Assembly (NCBI GenBank): GCA_963769935.1
Contig: CAVYNY010000011.1
Coordinates: forward strand, 416,001-480,000
Direction of reading: 5' to 3'
DNA: 64,000 nt
Source: an uncultured delta proteobacterium
GTDB lineage: Bacteria > Desulfobacterota > Desulfobacteria > Desulfobacterales > JAFDCJ01
The notes under the pieces are model-generated. The model searched no databases. It was not told the origin of the DNA and saw only the letters and a list, made by a program, of their open reading frames with translations. Below, piece by piece: positions 61,069 to 64,000 of the stretch. How positions within the stretch are numbered: the stretch's first letter is position 1; the number at the start of each line of letters is the position of its first letter. Position numbers and translations under genes: made by a program.

Positions 61069-62209
61069 TCAATCGATTCCCACCACCTCGGAATTCGTCC
61101 TCACGAAACATGGACAGCGGCGGTTGTTGATCAAGGCTTTTGCCGGCTTCGTAGTCAAAGGCCTGCTGAGTTGCCTGTGCGATGGTTCGAAACAACTCCA
61201 TAACCGGAATATCATTCGGACAGGCATTGGAACATTGGCCGCAGCCCACACAGGCCGTACTCATATGGGCCAGACGGGTAAGATGGTAAAAAAGCGTATC
61301 CGTCGGCATTTTAATGATGCCTTTGCGGTTGGCCCACCGCAGATACTGGGACGGATCGTGGTTGAACACATCCGTCACAAAAACACACTCCTTACAGTAG
61401 CATACCGGACAAGCCACCCGACAGTTGTAGCAGTTGACGCAGGTGGCAAAGTACGTGGATAGCTTTTCCAAATTTTCGGTGGCCGCCCGTGTCGTGGCAA
61501 ACATGTCATCCCGGCACTTGGTACGTTGGGCAATCAAGGCATTAACGGCATCCTGACGGGCGCGGGGCTCATCGGCAGCCGCCAGATGCATCAGCTGCAG
61601 GATTTGATCGCCGGCTTCGGTTTGAGACTTAACCAGCAGAGATTGGTCGATATCCATACCGTATAAGCCGATCTGAATATCGGCATTTTCAGCCACGGGA
61701 TATTCACAGGCCCGGCAGGCCGGCGCCGGCTCAAGGCCTCCCTCCTGCGGGCTTTTGCCGCGCAGCACGCTTTGATAGAATGCGACCGTCGATTCGGCGC
61801 TGTTCTCGGCCACCAGCTTAAAATAGTCTTTGTTTTGGAAGGCGCCCAGGCAGTCCACCCCAATCAAAATCACTTCGTCCGTGCGGGCCTGCTTAAGCTT
61901 CACGAGCTCGACAAAGGCCCGCATCTCGCAGGGCCGCAATACCGCCGCGACCTTGGCGCCCATCGGTTTGCGGGTGAGTCGTGAAACAATCCGGGCGGCG
62001 TTCAGCGGAAAGGCCGGTGCCAGCGGATCAACCCCATCCAGATGATTCGGGTCCGTCACCAGGGTCGGCATGACCATATTTTTCATCGGAAGATGCTGGG
62101 GCACCAGAATGGCTTTGATTTCCTCAATTTCAAGAATGTTCTTAAAAAATCCCTGCAAAGCGCCCAGAACGTTTTTTTCCTGCACCTCAATTTTAGCCGT
62201 AATCGCCAT
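61069..62209 (-). CDS. FdhB/FrhB-like 4Fe-4S subunit (frameshift near 61090; probable true end EVVGID*)
   Basis: RPCEMRAFVELVK, IGVDC, CVNCYNCRVACPVCYCKEC, CVGCGQCSNACP. Confidence 0.8.
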
Positions 62210-62685
62210 GAGTGCCTCCGGCAGTGGTTTTCGGTTATTAGTTATTCGTTATTGGTTGTTGGTTGTTGGTTATTTGGCATCGCGGTCAGTTCAACTCCCG
62301 ATCTTGCTTTGAAACTTTATTAATCTCAATAAAGAGAAAAATGCCTAAATTGCCTAAAATGCACTAAAATGCCTAAAATTGGATACTGATCATTTTAAAA
62401 TTTCCAATTCGCAATCCCTGGCCCAGACCAAATTTACAGCTTCGTTTATTCTACAGACTTGTGACATATCTGGCCTACATTTTAACCAATACGGTCGCAC
62501 CAGGGGCCGAAATCGAACATCCCACGCATCCAAAACCTTTCTAAACTTAACGCTATGCCCTATGTTCAATACCCCATACCTTTCTTTCATCGCCGTGCGC
62601 CGTTTGCCGTGCGCCGTTTGCCCTTGCATTTTTGCTTCATTCTATCAACTATCAGCTATGAGCTATGAGCTGCGCGCAGCGCCCC

Positions 62686-63108
62686 TCAAATCACCATCTT
62701 CAACTTGGCCTGACTGGGTCCCAGCGCTTTGATCTGGGCCACCATATCGCGCATGATCTCGGCAAACTGGATGCCGTCGCTGGCCCCGATCCAGGTTAGC
62801 CGGAGCCGCTGCTGATCGAAACCGAATTGCGGCAGAATCTCCTTGAGCAGCTTTATCCGCCGGCGGGCCTTAAAGTTCCCGTTGATATAATGGCAGTCAC
62901 CCGGATGGCAGCCGCTGACCAAAACGCCGTCGGCGCCTTCCAAAAAAGCCTTGATGATATACTGGGGATCCACCATGCCGGTGCACATTACCCGGATTAA
63001 GCGTACATTTTTGGGATAGGCTAATCGCGAGGTTCCGGCCAGATCCGCGGCTGTATAGGTACACCAGTTACAGACAAAGGCGATGATCGTCGGTTCAAAG
63101 TCTTCCAT
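62686..63108 (-). CDS. mvhD: MvhD/FlpD [2Fe-2S] subunit
   Basis: FVCNWCTY, RVMCTG, GCHPGDCHY. Confidence 0.93.
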   Translation of the reverse strand: MEDFEPTIIAFVCNWCTYTAADLAGTSRLAYPKNVRLIRVMCTGMVDPQYIIKAFLEGADGVLVSGCHPGDCHYINGNFKARRRIKLLKEILPQFGFDQQRLRLTWIGASDGIQFAEIMRDMVAQIKALGPSQAKLKMVI

Positions 63109-63167
63109 GCAATCCTCCGCAAAGTTCTATGCTTCTTTAATTCCGCATTGTACATTCCAAATTCTTT

Positions 63168-64000
63168 TCACATTCCCACAGCTGACAACGCGTCTATAAT
63201 CCCTTCAAACTCGGCAAATATCTGTTTTTGGTTAAAATGTCTAACCTGAGCGGCCCCGCTGGGACAAAACCCGGCACAACTGCCGCATCCCTTGCATAGC
63301 GCTTCATTAACTACCGATACAGCACGGCGTTCATCAAACTCAATGGCGCTGTATGGACAAAGTCCGATGCAGGTCTGACAACCGGCACAAATATCCGGAT
63401 CAATCCAGGAAATGGTTGAAGGCACCTCTACTCTGCCGCGAGTGACCAGGGATAGGGCCTTAGCTGCCGCCCCGGAGGCCTGGGCAACCGTATCCGGAAT
63501 ATCCTTGGGCGACTGGCAGGTTCCGGCCAGAAAGACACCGTCGGTGGCCGTATTCAGTGGTCCCAGTTTGGGATGCTCCTCCAGGAAAAACCCGTCGGCC
63601 CCCAAATTGACACCAAAAATTCTGCCGACCTCAACGGCATTCTGACGAGCCTCCATTGCGACGCACAAGATTACCATATCCACCGGCAGGCGCAATTTCA
63701 CGCCTAAAAGCGTATCCTCCGCAATGGCGATAAGTTTACCGGCCTCTTTAGGATCGTTGGCTTGATCCGTAATTTCAGCCACTTTGCCTCTGATAAAGTT
63801 GGTGCCCTCCTCCTGGCAGCGACGATAAAACTCTTCGTAGCCCTTGCCGAAGCAGCGCTGGTCAATATAGAAGTCGTATATTTTTGTATCGTGCCCCACC
63901 TTTTCTTTGATTAGATGCGTGTACTTCAAGGCATACATGCAGCAGACGCGCGAGCAGTATTCGTGATAGTTTACATCCCGGCTGCCGACGCAGTGGAGGA
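63168..64000 (-). CDS. hdrA: HdrA, 3' part (5' end outside the window)
   Basis: HCVGSRD..YCSRVCCMY, EEHPKL, PKDIPDTV, two C-terminal ferredoxin motifs. Confidence 0.9.
   Translation of the reverse strand, partial: LHCVGSRDVNYHEYCSRVCCMYALKYTHLIKEKVGHDTKIYDFYIDQRCFGKGYEEFYRRCQEEGTNFIRGKVAEITDQANDPKEAGKLIAIAEDTLLGVKLRLPVDMVILCVAMEARQNAVEVGRIFGVNLGADGFFLEEHPKLGPLNTATDGVFLAGTCQSPKDIPDTVAQASGAAAKALSLVTRGRVEVPSTISWIDPDICAGCQTCIGLCPYSAIEFDERRAVSVVNEALCKGCGSCAGFCPSGAAQVRHFNQKQIFAEFEGIIDALSAVGM

Noticed and set aside
19852..63108. Selenocysteine recoding in HgcA, HgcB or MvhD
   Set aside because: The relevant positions are Cys codons, with no in-frame TGA in these ORFs.
1..64000. Numerous antisense or overlapping ORFs in the six-frame track; tRNA, rRNA and riboswitches
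   Set aside because: Shadow ORFs overlap well-supported genes and lack motifs. No tRNA, rRNA or riboswitch was recognisable by eye; an Rfam scan would be needed to exclude them.

Overview
Most likely a chromosomal window from an anaerobic sulfate-reducing Desulfobacterota (Desulfobacterales-like) genome; this is inferred from gene content such as hgcAB and hdr/mvhD. Several single-base frameshifts look like read or assembly indels. Bases 1-34 kb are housekeeping and metabolic genes (FabH-like, ychF, dpaL, asmA, tesA/ybbAP, sodC, S1, htpX, mercury-methylation hgcAB, trxB, PilB-like ATPase + HDOD, an archaeal-type membrane LonB), separated by heptamer-rich repeat families. Bases ~34.5-52 kb are an accessory region: a minus-strand attC cassette array with no integrase in the window, several toxin-antitoxin modules, and nested mobile elements (IS1182 remnant, IS110, MITEs, a RAYT-like Y1 element, a group II intron). 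Bases 52-64 kb hold an hdrA-mvhD-fdhB-like-hdrA(REC)-hdrC-hdrB cluster followed by two histidine kinases. Top observation: the IS110 3' non-coding end carries three paralogous target-loop-like hairpins with a constant scaffold and different 10-nt segments, plus one donor-matching segment. One segment matches the element's own insertion site. Another matches the terminal repeat of the neighbouring RAYT element, which the group II intron also targets via EBS1/EBS2. This is a candidate multi-guide bridge RNA directed at REP-like 'YGACCC' ends.
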